Origin: Escherichia coli | Lineage (GTDB): Bacteria; Pseudomonadota; Gammaproteobacteria; Enterobacterales; Enterobacteriaceae | Strand: one strand, 5' to 3' | Assembly (NCBI RefSeq): GCF_003018255.1 | Contig: NZ_CP027440.1 | Length of the DNA stretch: 64,000 nt | In this document: one piece after another, positions 10,246 through 18,855 of the stretch | Layout of the letters: the number at the start of each line of letters is the position of its first letter | How positions within the stretch are numbered: the stretch's first letter is position 1 | Position numbers and translations under genes: made by a program | The notes under the pieces: model-generated | What the model was told of the DNA's origin: nothing | Databases searched by the model: none | What the model saw: the letters and a program-made list of their open reading frames with translations, nothing else

Positions 10246-11034
10246 TCAGGATACTTCTTGCTCGGCAACCACCAGTTCAACATTCTCTTCACTTAACAAC
10301 TGGCAGAAAGAATTGGGAGGCGGGGCATCAGTAAAAAAAGCCCTGACATTCCGTGCATTGCCAATTGAAACGGCAGCAGACGCGGTAAACTTCGTATGAT
10401 CGGCCACTAACAATGTATTCCGCGCATGTTTAATCATCGTTCTCGCGACTAACGCTTCATTGACATCAAATTCCAGTAGGGTGCCGTCATGTTCAATGGC
10501 ACCTATACTGGTGATTAAATAATCTGCGCGGAAGCCTTCAATAAAATCCACGGCTCCTGGGCCGATAATCCCACCGTTATGAGCGCGTAAAGTGCCTCCC
10601 GGCACCATCACTTCAATATCCTGATTCTTATAAAGAATCTGTGCCACACGCAGGCTATTAGTGATAATGCGTAAATCACGCCGGTTGAGTAATGCCCTGG
10701 CAACGGCTTCTACGGTTGTACCGATGGTGATAAAGACGGTACAGCGTTCGGGAAGGTAATCGGCGACTGCCTCAGCGATCGCCCGTTTCTCGGCGGTGAG
10801 CGAAAGTTCCCGTTGCTCAAAAGCGGTATTCATGACGCTGGAGACGCGCCCGGCCCCTCCATGATGACGGGTGATCAAGCCCTGCTCACTGAGTTTTCGG
10901 ATATCCCGGCGCACGGTTTGCGTTGAAACATCCAGCAGTTGTGCCAGTTCTTCAATATTCATATAACCGCGTTCTGCGATTAGATGAACGAGTTGGTCAT
11001 GGCGTGGATTACCTGTCACTTCGATGATACTCAT
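10246..11034 (-). CDS. DeoR-family transcriptional repressor, divergent homologue of CsqR/YihW
   Basis: 262-aa ORF with a GGGAG RBS. The N-terminal HTH (NIEELAQLLDVSTQTVRRDIRKLSEQGLITRHHGG) is nearly identical to K-12 YihW, while the C-terminal sugar-phosphate-binding domain is more divergent. Overall identity is roughly 70-75 percent from memory. Confidence 0.9.
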   Translation of the reverse strand: MSIIEVTGNPRHDQLVHLIAERGYMNIEELAQLLDVSTQTVRRDIRKLSEQGLITRHHGGAGRVSSVMNTAFEQRELSLTAEKRAIAEAVADYLPERCTVFITIGTTVEAVARALLNRRDLRIITNSLRVAQILYKNQDIEVMVPGGTLRAHNGGIIGPGAVDFIEGFRADYLITSIGAIEHDGTLLEFDVNEALVARTMIKHARNTLLVADHTKFTASAAVSIGNARNVRAFFTDAPPPNSFCQLLSEENVELVVAEQEVS

Positions 11035-11073
11035 GAATACTCCCTTGCCCCTCCTCGGTAGATGTTTACCATT

Positions 11074-11970
11074 TTACGCATAAAGTGACAAAAATGATTC
11101 GGTTTGCTCACGATTAGGAATGCCGGCCCGACCGCCAGGCTGGGTACATTTCATCGCGGCAACCGCACTGGCAAAACGAATAGCCTCTTTTGTTGGCATT
11201 TTTTCTGCCAACGCTACCGCGAGTGCGCCGTGAAAAACATCGCCTGCTCCAGTGGTATCAACCACATTGACAGAAAATGCCTCCTGTTGACACAAATGAC
11301 CATCTTCAATCCACAACGATCCTTCAGAACCCAGCGTAACATACACTTTACCTGCTGTTTGTGTCGTTGCCTGGAACAAACCTTCTTCAGGTGACTGCAG
11401 GCCAGTCATGCGTTTCAGCCCAGGTGTTGAGAACACGGCGTGATCGGCAAGCGCGACAAGTGGAGAAATATCCTGCGGTGTCATATCGGCGTCTAAAAGC
11501 GTTGTCACACCCGCAAGGCGCGCTAGCGAGAATGCTTTTTCAGTACCGCTATGCCAGCGAACATCGGCCAGAATCAGATCATAACGAGAGAAATCGATCG
11601 CTTCTAACCATTCGGCATCAGTACCGAGATCAGGACTTGGATAATTAACGATAATCCGTTCGCCATGCTGATCAACGAGGATCGCTGATTGCGACGAACG
11701 GGCGTTAGGATATCGGCGGCAAAATGCGGTATTGACGCCCCAACCCTCAAGTTCTGCAAGTAAGGTATTTCCACAACTGTCATCGCCGACGCGACCGATG
11801 AAATCAACCTCCACGCCAAGCTTTGCGATTGCAACAGCGGCTGTTGCTGCCGGGCCGCCACCAATCTCAAGATAATGATTTGCCTGATATTTCCCGCCGC
11901 CCTCCGGCAGAGTGGGCAAAGAATAAATCCTGTCCTGAACTGTGATACCCACGCATGCAATTCTGGTCAT
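11074..11970 (-). CDS. PfkB-family sugar kinase, divergent homologue of sulfofructose kinase YihV
   Basis: ORF 11074-12021. I place the start at MTRIACVGI (ATG at 11968-11970), giving 298 aa as in YihV. The motifs [17 protein letters not shown] and [12 protein letters not shown] are shared with K-12 YihV, at roughly 65 percent identity from memory. Confidence 0.88.
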   Translation of the reverse strand: MTRIACVGITVQDRIYSLPTLPEGGGKYQANHYLEIGGGPAATAAVAIAKLGVEVDFIGRVGDDSCGNTLLAELEGWGVNTAFCRRYPNARSSQSAILVDQHGERIIVNYPSPDLGTDAEWLEAIDFSRYDLILADVRWHSGTEKAFSLARLAGVTTLLDADMTPQDISPLVALADHAVFSTPGLKRMTGLQSPEEGLFQATTQTAGKVYVTLGSEGSLWIEDGHLCQQEAFSVNVVDTTGAGDVFHGALAVALAEKMPTKEAIRFASAVAAMKCTQPGGRAGIPNREQTESFLSLYA

Positions 11971-12142
11971 ATTTGTCTTGTCCTGTTTAATTTTGTCGTC
12001 TTTGGTCAATTTAAATGACACAAATGATCAAATTAGTGATGCGTGTCGTGTTTTTGAACATAAATTACAAATATGCTCAAAAACAGACGAAAACGAATTT
12101 TCAATTGTCATTATTTTGTCAATGTCAGACAGGAGAGTATTC
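11971..12142. promoter_or_regulatory. AT-rich divergent control region between the kinase-regulator operon and the reductase-aldolase operon
   Basis: 172 bp with no ORF. Five same-orientation TTGTC pentamers are present (11973, 11978, 11993, 12105, 12116). No operator can be assigned from the sequence alone. Confidence 0.45.
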
Positions 12143-13021
12143 ATGGCAACCATTGCATTTCTCGGGCTGGGGCAGATGGGTAGCCCAATGGCTAACAATC
12201 TATTGCAAAAAGGGCATTCATTGCAGGTATTTGATGTCAATGCACAGGCCGTCGATGTGCTAGTTACGCAGGGGGCCACTGCGGCACAAACCCCAGCGGA
12301 AGCAGCAGCAGGCGCTGAATTTATCATCACTATGCTTCCCAATGGTGACATTGTTCGACAGGTTCTGTTGGGGGAAAAAGGCGTCTGTGAGGCTGTTTCA
12401 TCTGACGCGTTATTGATTGATATGTCGACTATTCATCCCTTACAGACCGATGCATTAATACGGGAGTTACAAGAAAAAGGCATCAGTATGATGGACGCTC
12501 CCGTGGGCAGAACGTCCGTGAATGCGATTGATGGCACATTGCTGATTTTAGCGGGTGGCACTGATGAGCAGATTGCACGTGCACGCCCGATTCTCATGTG
12601 CATGGGTAATGAACTGGTCGAGGCTGGCGGCCCAGGAATGGGGATCCGCGTGAAGCTAATTAACAACTATATGAGCATTGCGCTTAATGCGCTGTCCTCC
12701 GAGGCCGCTGTGTTATGTGAGTCACTGGGATTAAATCTTGATGTCGCAATTAAGGTGATGAGTGGTACGGCAGCAGGGAAAGGACATTTTACGACCACCT
12801 GGCCTGGCAAAGTGCTGAAAGGCGATCTTTCACCCGCCTTCATGGTGGATCTGGCGTTGAAAGATCTGCGTATTGCAGTTGACGTCGCTCGGGAGACGGG
12901 GGCACCGCTCAATATGGGGATTGCAGCAGAAAGTTATTACGCCGCAGCAAGTCAAGACGGCAAAGGGCGGCAGGATTGGAGTGCCCTGCTAAATCAGGTT
13001 CGCCAGCAGGCTGGTCTTTAA
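12143..13021 (+). CDS. NAD(P)-dependent beta-hydroxyacid dehydrogenase family, divergent homologue of sulfolactaldehyde reductase YihU
   Basis: ORF 11942-13021. I place the start at [17 protein letters not shown] (ATG at 12143, AGGAGA RBS at 12131). The segments PVGRTS and [19 protein letters not shown] are shared with K-12 YihU. Confidence 0.88.
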   Translation: MATIAFLGLGQMGSPMANNLLQKGHSLQVFDVNAQAVDVLVTQGATAAQTPAEAAAGAEFIITMLPNGDIVRQVLLGEKGVCEAVSSDALLIDMSTIHPLQTDALIRELQEKGISMMDAPVGRTSVNAIDGTLLILAGGTDEQIARARPILMCMGNELVEAGGPGMGIRVKLINNYMSIALNALSSEAAVLCESLGLNLDVAIKVMSGTAAGKGHFTTTWPGKVLKGDLSPAFMVDLALKDLRIAVDVARETGAPLNMGIAAESYYAAASQDGKGRQDWSALLNQVRQQAGL

Positions 13022-13045
13022 TTTTATCTATTAACAGGAGTTTCT

Positions 13046-13933
13046 ATGTCATCCCACTTCACCCCATTTACGCTGAAAGATATCTCCCGCCCAGGTGGTG
13101 GATTCGCCATGTTAGCTGTCGATCAGCGTGAGGCCATGCGCCTGATGTTTGCGGCAGCAGGGCAGCCAAAACCCATCGCCGACAGTGTACTCACCGATTT
13201 TAAAGTTGCCGCGACCCGAATCCTTTCTCCTTATGCTTCTGCCGTTCTGGCGGATAAACAATTTTGTCTTGAACAAATAGTCGAGCAGGGCGCTGTGGCT
13301 AATTCTTGCGGCCTGATTGTCGCTGCCGATCTTTTTATCCCAGGTAATGGCATCCCGGTTGATAGCGTTGAAATAGATATGTCCGTCGACCCGCATAAAG
13401 CCCGTGAAATGGGGGCTAAGGCAATGAAATTACTTGTACTCTGGCGTGAAGATGAACCCGCAGAGGAACGTCTGGCAATGGTTGATAAATTTGTTCGTCG
13501 CTGCCGTAGTGCCGGGCTGGTTAGCATTATTGAACCTGTGGTGCGTCCACCTCGTCGCGGTTGGGACTTTGATCGTGAAAGCGCCATTGTTGCCGCCGCC
13601 GCAGAGCTTGGTGGAACAGAGGCTGATCTTTACAAAGCCGAGATGCCATTAGGGGGCAAAGGCGATGAAAAAACCTTACTTGCCGCCTGTCAGCAACTTA
13701 ACGATCAGATGAAGATGCCGTGGGTAATTCTTTCTTCTGGCGTTGATGCCGATATTTTTGGCCGTGCAGTAAGTATTGCCATGAAAGGTGGTGCGTCGGG
13801 CTTCCTGGCTGGACGAGCGGTATGGGCGTCGGTTGTTGGTGCACAAGATCCACAAACCATGCTGCGCGATGTCTCCGTTCCACGCTTGCAACGGCTGGCT
13901 GAAATTGTCGATGAAGGTATCGCGCAACGCTAA
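13046..13933 (+). CDS. LacD-family class I aldolase, divergent homologue of sulfofructose-phosphate aldolase YihT
   Basis: 295-aa ORF with an AGGAG RBS. The segments [41 protein letters not shown] and [17 protein letters not shown] are shared with K-12 YihT. Confidence 0.88.
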   Translation: MSSHFTPFTLKDISRPGGGFAMLAVDQREAMRLMFAAAGQPKPIADSVLTDFKVAATRILSPYASAVLADKQFCLEQIVEQGAVANSCGLIVAADLFIPGNGIPVDSVEIDMSVDPHKAREMGAKAMKLLVLWREDEPAEERLAMVDKFVRRCRSAGLVSIIEPVVRPPRRGWDFDRESAIVAAAAELGGTEADLYKAEMPLGGKGDEKTLLAACQQLNDQMKMPWVILSSGVDADIFGRAVSIAMKGGASGFLAGRAVWASVVGAQDPQTMLRDVSVPRLQRLAEIVDEGIAQR

Positions 13934-13965
13934 TCCCCTATGGATATCGATTCTGGAGAATAACA

Positions 13966-14976
13966 ATGGATAAAATTACCCAGGTTTTATTTTCAGATAT
14001 TGGGAAAGTCACCACTCAATATGTTGAAGTACCACACCAGCAACTTAAACCGCACGAAGTACGGATTGCGCCCGTGTTCTACGGGATATGCGGTTCGGAT
14101 CTGCATGTTCTGAAAGGCGGTCATCCGTTTGCCAAGCCGCCTGTCGTCCCCGGTCATGAAATTGCAGCGCGCGTTACGGAAGTGGGCAGCGACGTTAAAA
14201 ATGTACAGCCGGGCGATCATGTTGTGGTCGATCCCATCATGGCTTGCATGGAATGCCGAGCCTGCAAAGCAGGACGTTTTAATCTTTGTGAACCACCGCA
14301 GGTTGCTGGTTTTCGCGCACCGGGCTTTGCTCGCTCACAACACATTGTTCCTGCGCGTAATTGCCATGTCGCACCAGCCTCTTTACCGCTAAAAGTGTTG
14401 GCCTTTGCCGAACCGGCGGCTTGTGCTCGTCACTGCGTTAACCGAATGCCGAAAGCTTCTCTGGAAAGCGTACTGGTGATTGGTGCCGGAACGATAGGCT
14501 TATCCATCGTGCAGGCACTGCGCATTATGGGGGCAGGTAAGATTACCGTGATTGAACCTGACGCTGCCAAACGCGCGCTGGCGTTAAAGCTGGGCGCAGC
14601 AGAAGTTTGGGCACCAGGTGAGCTGGCCGCAGATGTGAGATTTACGGGGGCGATTGATGTCGTTGCAGCGCAGGCCACGCTTAACGATGCATGTACCCGT
14701 GTATATGCCGGAGGCACCGTCGTGTGCATGGGCGTACCAAGTGGGCCGCGTGAAATACCATTACCGATGATGCAACGTTTCGAGCGTGACTTGCTCAACT
14801 CTGGCATGTACATCCCTGAAGATTTCGATGCTGTTATCGAATGGCTGGCGGATGGGCGGTTTGATACCAGTGAACTGGTTACCGATTTATTTGCCATTGA
14901 GGATGCAGCGGCGGCATTCGAACGCGCGCAGCAAAATGACTCCATAAAGGTCATGCTGCAATTTGCGCCGGAATGA
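13966..14976 (+). CDS. Zn-dependent medium-chain (polyol/threonine dehydrogenase-type) NAD-dependent dehydrogenase
   Basis: 336-aa ORF with a GGAG RBS. Catalytic Zn ligands are present (GICGSDLH, PGHE, AEP), along with the structural Zn motif CMECRACKAGRFNLC and the Rossmann motif GAGTIG followed by an acidic residue (VIEPD). K-12 has no counterpart at this locus. Confidence 0.88.
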   Translation: MDKITQVLFSDIGKVTTQYVEVPHQQLKPHEVRIAPVFYGICGSDLHVLKGGHPFAKPPVVPGHEIAARVTEVGSDVKNVQPGDHVVVDPIMACMECRACKAGRFNLCEPPQVAGFRAPGFARSQHIVPARNCHVAPASLPLKVLAFAEPAACARHCVNRMPKASLESVLVIGAGTIGLSIVQALRIMGAGKITVIEPDAAKRALALKLGAAEVWAPGELAADVRFTGAIDVVAAQATLNDACTRVYAGGTVVCMGVPSGPREIPLPMMQRFERDLLNSGMYIPEDFDAVIEWLADGRFDTSELVTDLFAIEDAAAAFERAQQNDSIKVMLQFAPE

Positions 14977-15045
14977 TTTTCTAAATCTCTGTCTGGCGCT
15001 GCGTCACGTCAGCGCCACCCTACAACAATTAAAAAGGACACTGCG

Positions 15046-16479
15046 ATGAGTCAAATCACCAGTCCTGCAACTTATTCAATTAGTCGGCCACAGGACGTAA
15101 TTGATATTGTTAATAAGAACTCTGCAATCAACACCAGTATCGGCGTTATTTTTATTGCTTTGGGCGGCATATTGATTGATGCCTACCAGGTGGCGATGGT
15201 GGGGTTTGGTAATAAATACATTGCCGCTCAATTCGGCATTTCTCCGGGTCTTGCTGCGACCGTCAATGCGTCAGTATTAATCGCCGCGTTAATTGGCGGT
15301 TTATTAGCGAACCGAGTAATAAACCGCTTTGGGCAAAAGCGGGCATTTATTATTGGCATGGGGCTGTGCACCATCGGTGCTGCAGCGGTAGCTATTGCTC
15401 CCAGTATCTGGTGGGTGCTGGTGTGCCGCGTCATCATGGGCTTTGGTTTAGGCATCGACTTCCCTTTGGCAACTAATGCCGTGGCAGAGCTTCGTGGTTC
15501 AACGTCGAAGAAAACCGGAACGTCGGTCAACCTCTGGCAAATGGCCTGGTATGTTTCGACAACCGTTGTTTATTTGGTGCTTTTGCCGCTGCTTCTGTCG
15601 GGTATCGCTGAAGAACAATTGTGGCGTTACGGAATATTCATCGGAGCTATTTTTGCAGTCATCTTCATGATTTTGCGTTACTTCTTTATTGGTGAATCCG
15701 CAATGTGGGCCGCACGCGTTGGGCGTTACCAGGAAGCGTGCGACATTCTGGGAAAACGTTATGGTGTTCAGGCTCGCGTTGCGGCATCGGGTACAACAGA
15801 AGCGAAATTCTCGGAAAAAGCAGAGAATAAATACAGTGGTGGATATGGCATCTTATTTAATGATCGTTACCGCAAACGCACCATTCTTGGCTGTGTCGTG
15901 GCAACCATGCAGGCGTGGCAATATAACGCCGTAGGTGTTTATCTTCCTCTTACGTTGGCGGGAATAATAAGTGGCGGGCTTACTGGCGCGTTGACCGGTT
16001 CTGCCGTCGTGAATGCCCTTTGTGGGGTGACAGGTGGGATGATCGGCTCGTTTATTCTCCAACGACTGGGTACTCGCCGACAGTCGATGTATGGATTTGC
16101 TGTTGTGACCTTAGCATTGCTGTCGTTAGGCGCACTGGCAACGACTAATCCTTGGCTGTCTTTAGGGTTATTGGGATCAATTATTTTCTTCCATTCAGCG
16201 GGTCCTGGTGGGCTGGGCATGACCATTGCCACACTCTCTTATCCTCCCGCTATTCGCCCTACTGGGGTCGGATTTGCCCGCGCTATTATGCGCACAGGGG
16301 CAATTGCAGGACTCATTTTCTGGCCGATGCTGTGGGGTGCGTTGAAAACTGAAGCGTTTTACTGGTTGGCAATCGTGCCATTCCTGGGATTCCTAACCTG
16401 TGTATTGATTAATTGGGAACCACTGGGTGCAAATGTTGATGCTGAGGACGCAGAGGTTCTGGCTGAATTGAAGAAATAA
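15046..16479 (+). CDS. MFS transporter, sugar-porter-like family
   Basis: 477-aa ORF with an AAGGA RBS. It has 12 predicted hydrophobic segments, the motif-A-like RFGQKR, and the sugar-porter-like ESAMWAARVGRYQEA. Confidence 0.85.
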   Translation: MSQITSPATYSISRPQDVIDIVNKNSAINTSIGVIFIALGGILIDAYQVAMVGFGNKYIAAQFGISPGLAATVNASVLIAALIGGLLANRVINRFGQKRAFIIGMGLCTIGAAAVAIAPSIWWVLVCRVIMGFGLGIDFPLATNAVAELRGSTSKKTGTSVNLWQMAWYVSTTVVYLVLLPLLLSGIAEEQLWRYGIFIGAIFAVIFMILRYFFIGESAMWAARVGRYQEACDILGKRYGVQARVAASGTTEAKFSEKAENKYSGGYGILFNDRYRKRTILGCVVATMQAWQYNAVGVYLPLTLAGIISGGLTGALTGSAVVNALCGVTGGMIGSFILQRLGTRRQSMYGFAVVTLALLSLGALATTNPWLSLGLLGSIIFFHSAGPGGLGMTIATLSYPPAIRPTGVGFARAIMRTGAIAGLIFWPMLWGALKTEAFYWLAIVPFLGFLTCVLINWEPLGANVDAEDAEVLAELKK

Positions 16480-16480
16480 T

Positions 16481-16514
16481 TTAATGCGCATCGGCTTAAG
16501 CCGATGCGCATTAA
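16481..16514 (+). terminator. Perfect 34-nt palindrome (15-bp stem, 4-nt loop) between the two MFS genes
   Basis: TTAATGCGCATCGGC-TTAA-GCCGATGCGCATTAA, starting 2 nt after the stop of the first MFS gene. There is no T-tract, so it could be an attenuator, an mRNA-stabilising hairpin, or a terminator. Confidence 0.5.
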
Positions 16515-16577
16515 TTCAAACTGCCCACGTTTAGTGGTTCGTATCCCAGATTTCTCGCCTACCAGGAGAGGAAAATT

Positions 16578-17927
16578 ATGTCTGAAAAGTTACCCGCACC
16601 GCGTGAAGGGCTTTCCGGTAAAGCCATGAGACGTGTCGTTATGGGCAGTTTCGCAGGCGCGTTAATGGAATGGTATGACTTCTTTATTTTTGGCACGGCA
16701 GCAGGACTGGTATTTGCACCGCTGTTTTATCCAGACAGCGATCCTTTTATAGGTCTTATAGCTTCCTTTGCGACCTTTGGTGTCGGTTTTCTGACTCGTC
16801 CTTTAGGGGGCATCGTCTTTGGTCATTTTGGCGATAAAATCGGGCGAAAAATAACACTTATCTGGACGCTGGCTATTGTCGGTTGCTCCACATTTTTGAT
16901 TGGTTTTATTCCGACGTATCAGGAAATTGGCATTTGGGCACCGCTTGTATTAATGGTGCTGCGTTTGATTCAGGGCTTTGGTCTTGGTGGCGAGTACGGT
17001 GGAGCGGCATTGATGACCATAGAATCAGCGCCCGAATCCCGACGCGGATTTTTAGGTTCACTCCCGCAAACGGCTGCGTCTGTGGGTATTATGCTGGCAA
17101 CCGGTATTTTTGCTCTCTGTAACCATTTTCTTACTTCGGAGCAGTTTCTCTCCTGGGGATGGCGCATTCCGTTTTGGCTTTCTGCGGTGATGTTGATCGT
17201 TGGGCTGTTTATCCGCCTACATACCGAAGAAACGCTGGATTTTCAAAAGCAAAAAACGACGAATAATAAAGAAAAGTCCGTTCCTCCGTTGATTGAATTA
17301 TTCAAAAAACATCCACGAAATATTTTATTGGCACTGGGTGCGAGGCTGGCGGAAAGTGTCTCCTCTAATATTATTAATGCCTTTGGTATTGTCTATATTT
17401 CCAGCCAATTAGCATTGTCGCGAGATATTCCCCTGACGGGTATGTTGATTGCCTCGGCGATCGGTATTTTCAGTTGTCCATTGGTTGGATGGTTATCAGA
17501 TCGTATAGGTCAAAAAAGTCTGTATTTGTCGGGAGCAGGATTTTGTGTCCTGTTCGCGTTTCCTTTCTTCTTATTATTGGATAGCAAAAGTACGCTCATC
17601 ATCTGGTGCAGTATGATCCTCGGCTACAACTTAGGTCCGACGATGATGTTTGCCGTGCAGCCAACACTTTTCACCCGCATGTTCGGTACCAAAGTACGAT
17701 ATACCGGCCTTTCTTTTGCTTATCAATTTTCCGCGATTCTTGGCGGACTAAGCCCCCTTATCGCCTCAAGTTTGCTGGCGCTAGGGGGAGGAAAACCGTG
17801 GTATGTCGCTCTGTTTTTATTTGCTGTCTCAGTTCTTTCCTTTGTTTGCGTCTGGCTGATTGAGCCGACCGATGAACAAGAAACCGCTTCTTACCGCTAC
17901 ATCAGGGAACAATCTCATGAAAACTGA
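16578..17927 (+). CDS. MFS transporter, metabolite:H+ symporter (MHS; ProP/KgtP/ShiA-like) family
   Basis: 449-aa ORF with an AGGAGAGGA RBS. The N-terminus RRVVMGSFAGALMEWYDFFIFG and the segment GHFGDKIGRK are typical of MHS-family organic-acid and metabolite symporters. Confidence 0.85.
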   Translation: MSEKLPAPREGLSGKAMRRVVMGSFAGALMEWYDFFIFGTAAGLVFAPLFYPDSDPFIGLIASFATFGVGFLTRPLGGIVFGHFGDKIGRKITLIWTLAIVGCSTFLIGFIPTYQEIGIWAPLVLMVLRLIQGFGLGGEYGGAALMTIESAPESRRGFLGSLPQTAASVGIMLATGIFALCNHFLTSEQFLSWGWRIPFWLSAVMLIVGLFIRLHTEETLDFQKQKTTNNKEKSVPPLIELFKKHPRNILLALGARLAESVSSNIINAFGIVYISSQLALSRDIPLTGMLIASAIGIFSCPLVGWLSDRIGQKSLYLSGAGFCVLFAFPFFLLLDSKSTLIIWCSMILGYNLGPTMMFAVQPTLFTRMFGTKVRYTGLSFAYQFSAILGGLSPLIASSLLALGGGKPWYVALFLFAVSVLSFVCVWLIEPTDEQETASYRYIREQSHEN

Positions 17928-18804
17928 ACGAAAAAACGAGCATTACCTGGCGCTACAACAGGCGTTTGACGCGCCATGGCCTGGGCCTGTAGGAGAGTTA
18001 GTGATGCTGGAAAAAGGCAATATTCACCTGCAGATTTATCCGCATGATGGTGCCAGGATAACCTCGTTAAAGGCATTTGGTTCTGAAGTATTACGCCAAT
18101 GGCAGCCGCAGCGCAGAGCTTTTCAGTATGGCTGTTTCCCAATGGTGCCGTGGGCAGGGCGACTGGGGAATGCGACGCTGAATGCTGGTGGGCAATGTTA
18201 TTCTTTACCCGCCAATAAACCACCACATGCGTTGCATGGTATGGCTTGTTACTCAACGTGGGAAATCATCGACAAAACAGCAGATTCCCTGACTTTACGT
18301 ATGCCCCTGGCTTCACCGTGGCCCTGGCAAGGGGAAGTGATTCAGACTTTTTTGCTGGAGAACGATGCGCTGGTTTTGCAACTGGAAGTCCATTCATATG
18401 CCGATACATTCCCGGCCTCCGCAGGCTGGCATCCGTGGTTTGCGAAAAAGCTGACTCCGCAAAATACAGAATCGTTGCAGGTGCTTTTTGATGCGGACTG
18501 GCAAGAAGAAGCGGGTAGTGATGAACTGCCAACTGGAAATCGTATCTCTCCTCAAGTCGGTCCCTGGGATGACTGTTTTGGTTTTTATGACGGGGTGAAG
18601 GTTAAGTTACTGTGGCCTGGTAAACTCGCGATGACCATGACCTCTTCTGCAAACAGTCTGGTGGTATTTGATAAACAGCCCGATGCCACCTGTATTAACC
18701 CGCTGACTCAGGCACCTAACGCAATAAATCTAACGCCGGAATTTGTGACACCAGATAAGCCGCTGGTCATCGAAACTCGTTGGCAATTTACACCTGAATC
18801 TTAA
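17917..18804 (+). CDS. Aldose 1-epimerase (mutarotase) family protein, distant from K-12 YihR
   Basis: ORF 17860-18804. I prefer the ATG at 17917, which overlaps the upstream MFS stop by 11 nt. GalM-type motifs are present (FPMVPWAGR, HALHG, AGWHPWF). The start is uncertain and 17860 is possible. Confidence 0.8.
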   Translation: MKTERKNEHYLALQQAFDAPWPGPVGELVMLEKGNIHLQIYPHDGARITSLKAFGSEVLRQWQPQRRAFQYGCFPMVPWAGRLGNATLNAGGQCYSLPANKPPHALHGMACYSTWEIIDKTADSLTLRMPLASPWPWQGEVIQTFLLENDALVLQLEVHSYADTFPASAGWHPWFAKKLTPQNTESLQVLFDADWQEEAGSDELPTGNRISPQVGPWDDCFGFYDGVKVKLLWPGKLAMTMTSSANSLVVFDKQPDATCINPLTQAPNAINLTPEFVTPDKPLVIETRWQFTPES

Positions 18805-18814
18805 CCATTCATCT

Positions 18815-18855
18815 ATTGCGAAAAAGACAGTGAAATTACTCTGCTTTTTCGCAAT
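18815..18855 (+). terminator. Stem-loop after the epimerase gene (12-bp perfect stem, 17-nt loop)
   Basis: ATTGCGAAAAAG-N17-CTTTTTCGCAAT. There is no T-tract. It sits at the right-hand border of the variant cluster. Confidence 0.45.

Noticed and set aside
12011-12020. The ATTTAAAT palindrome and surrounding GTCA/GACA bases in the divergent control region, considered as a symmetric operator.
   Set aside because: Only the central 8 bp are palindromic, which is trivial in AT-rich DNA. The flanks do not extend the symmetry.
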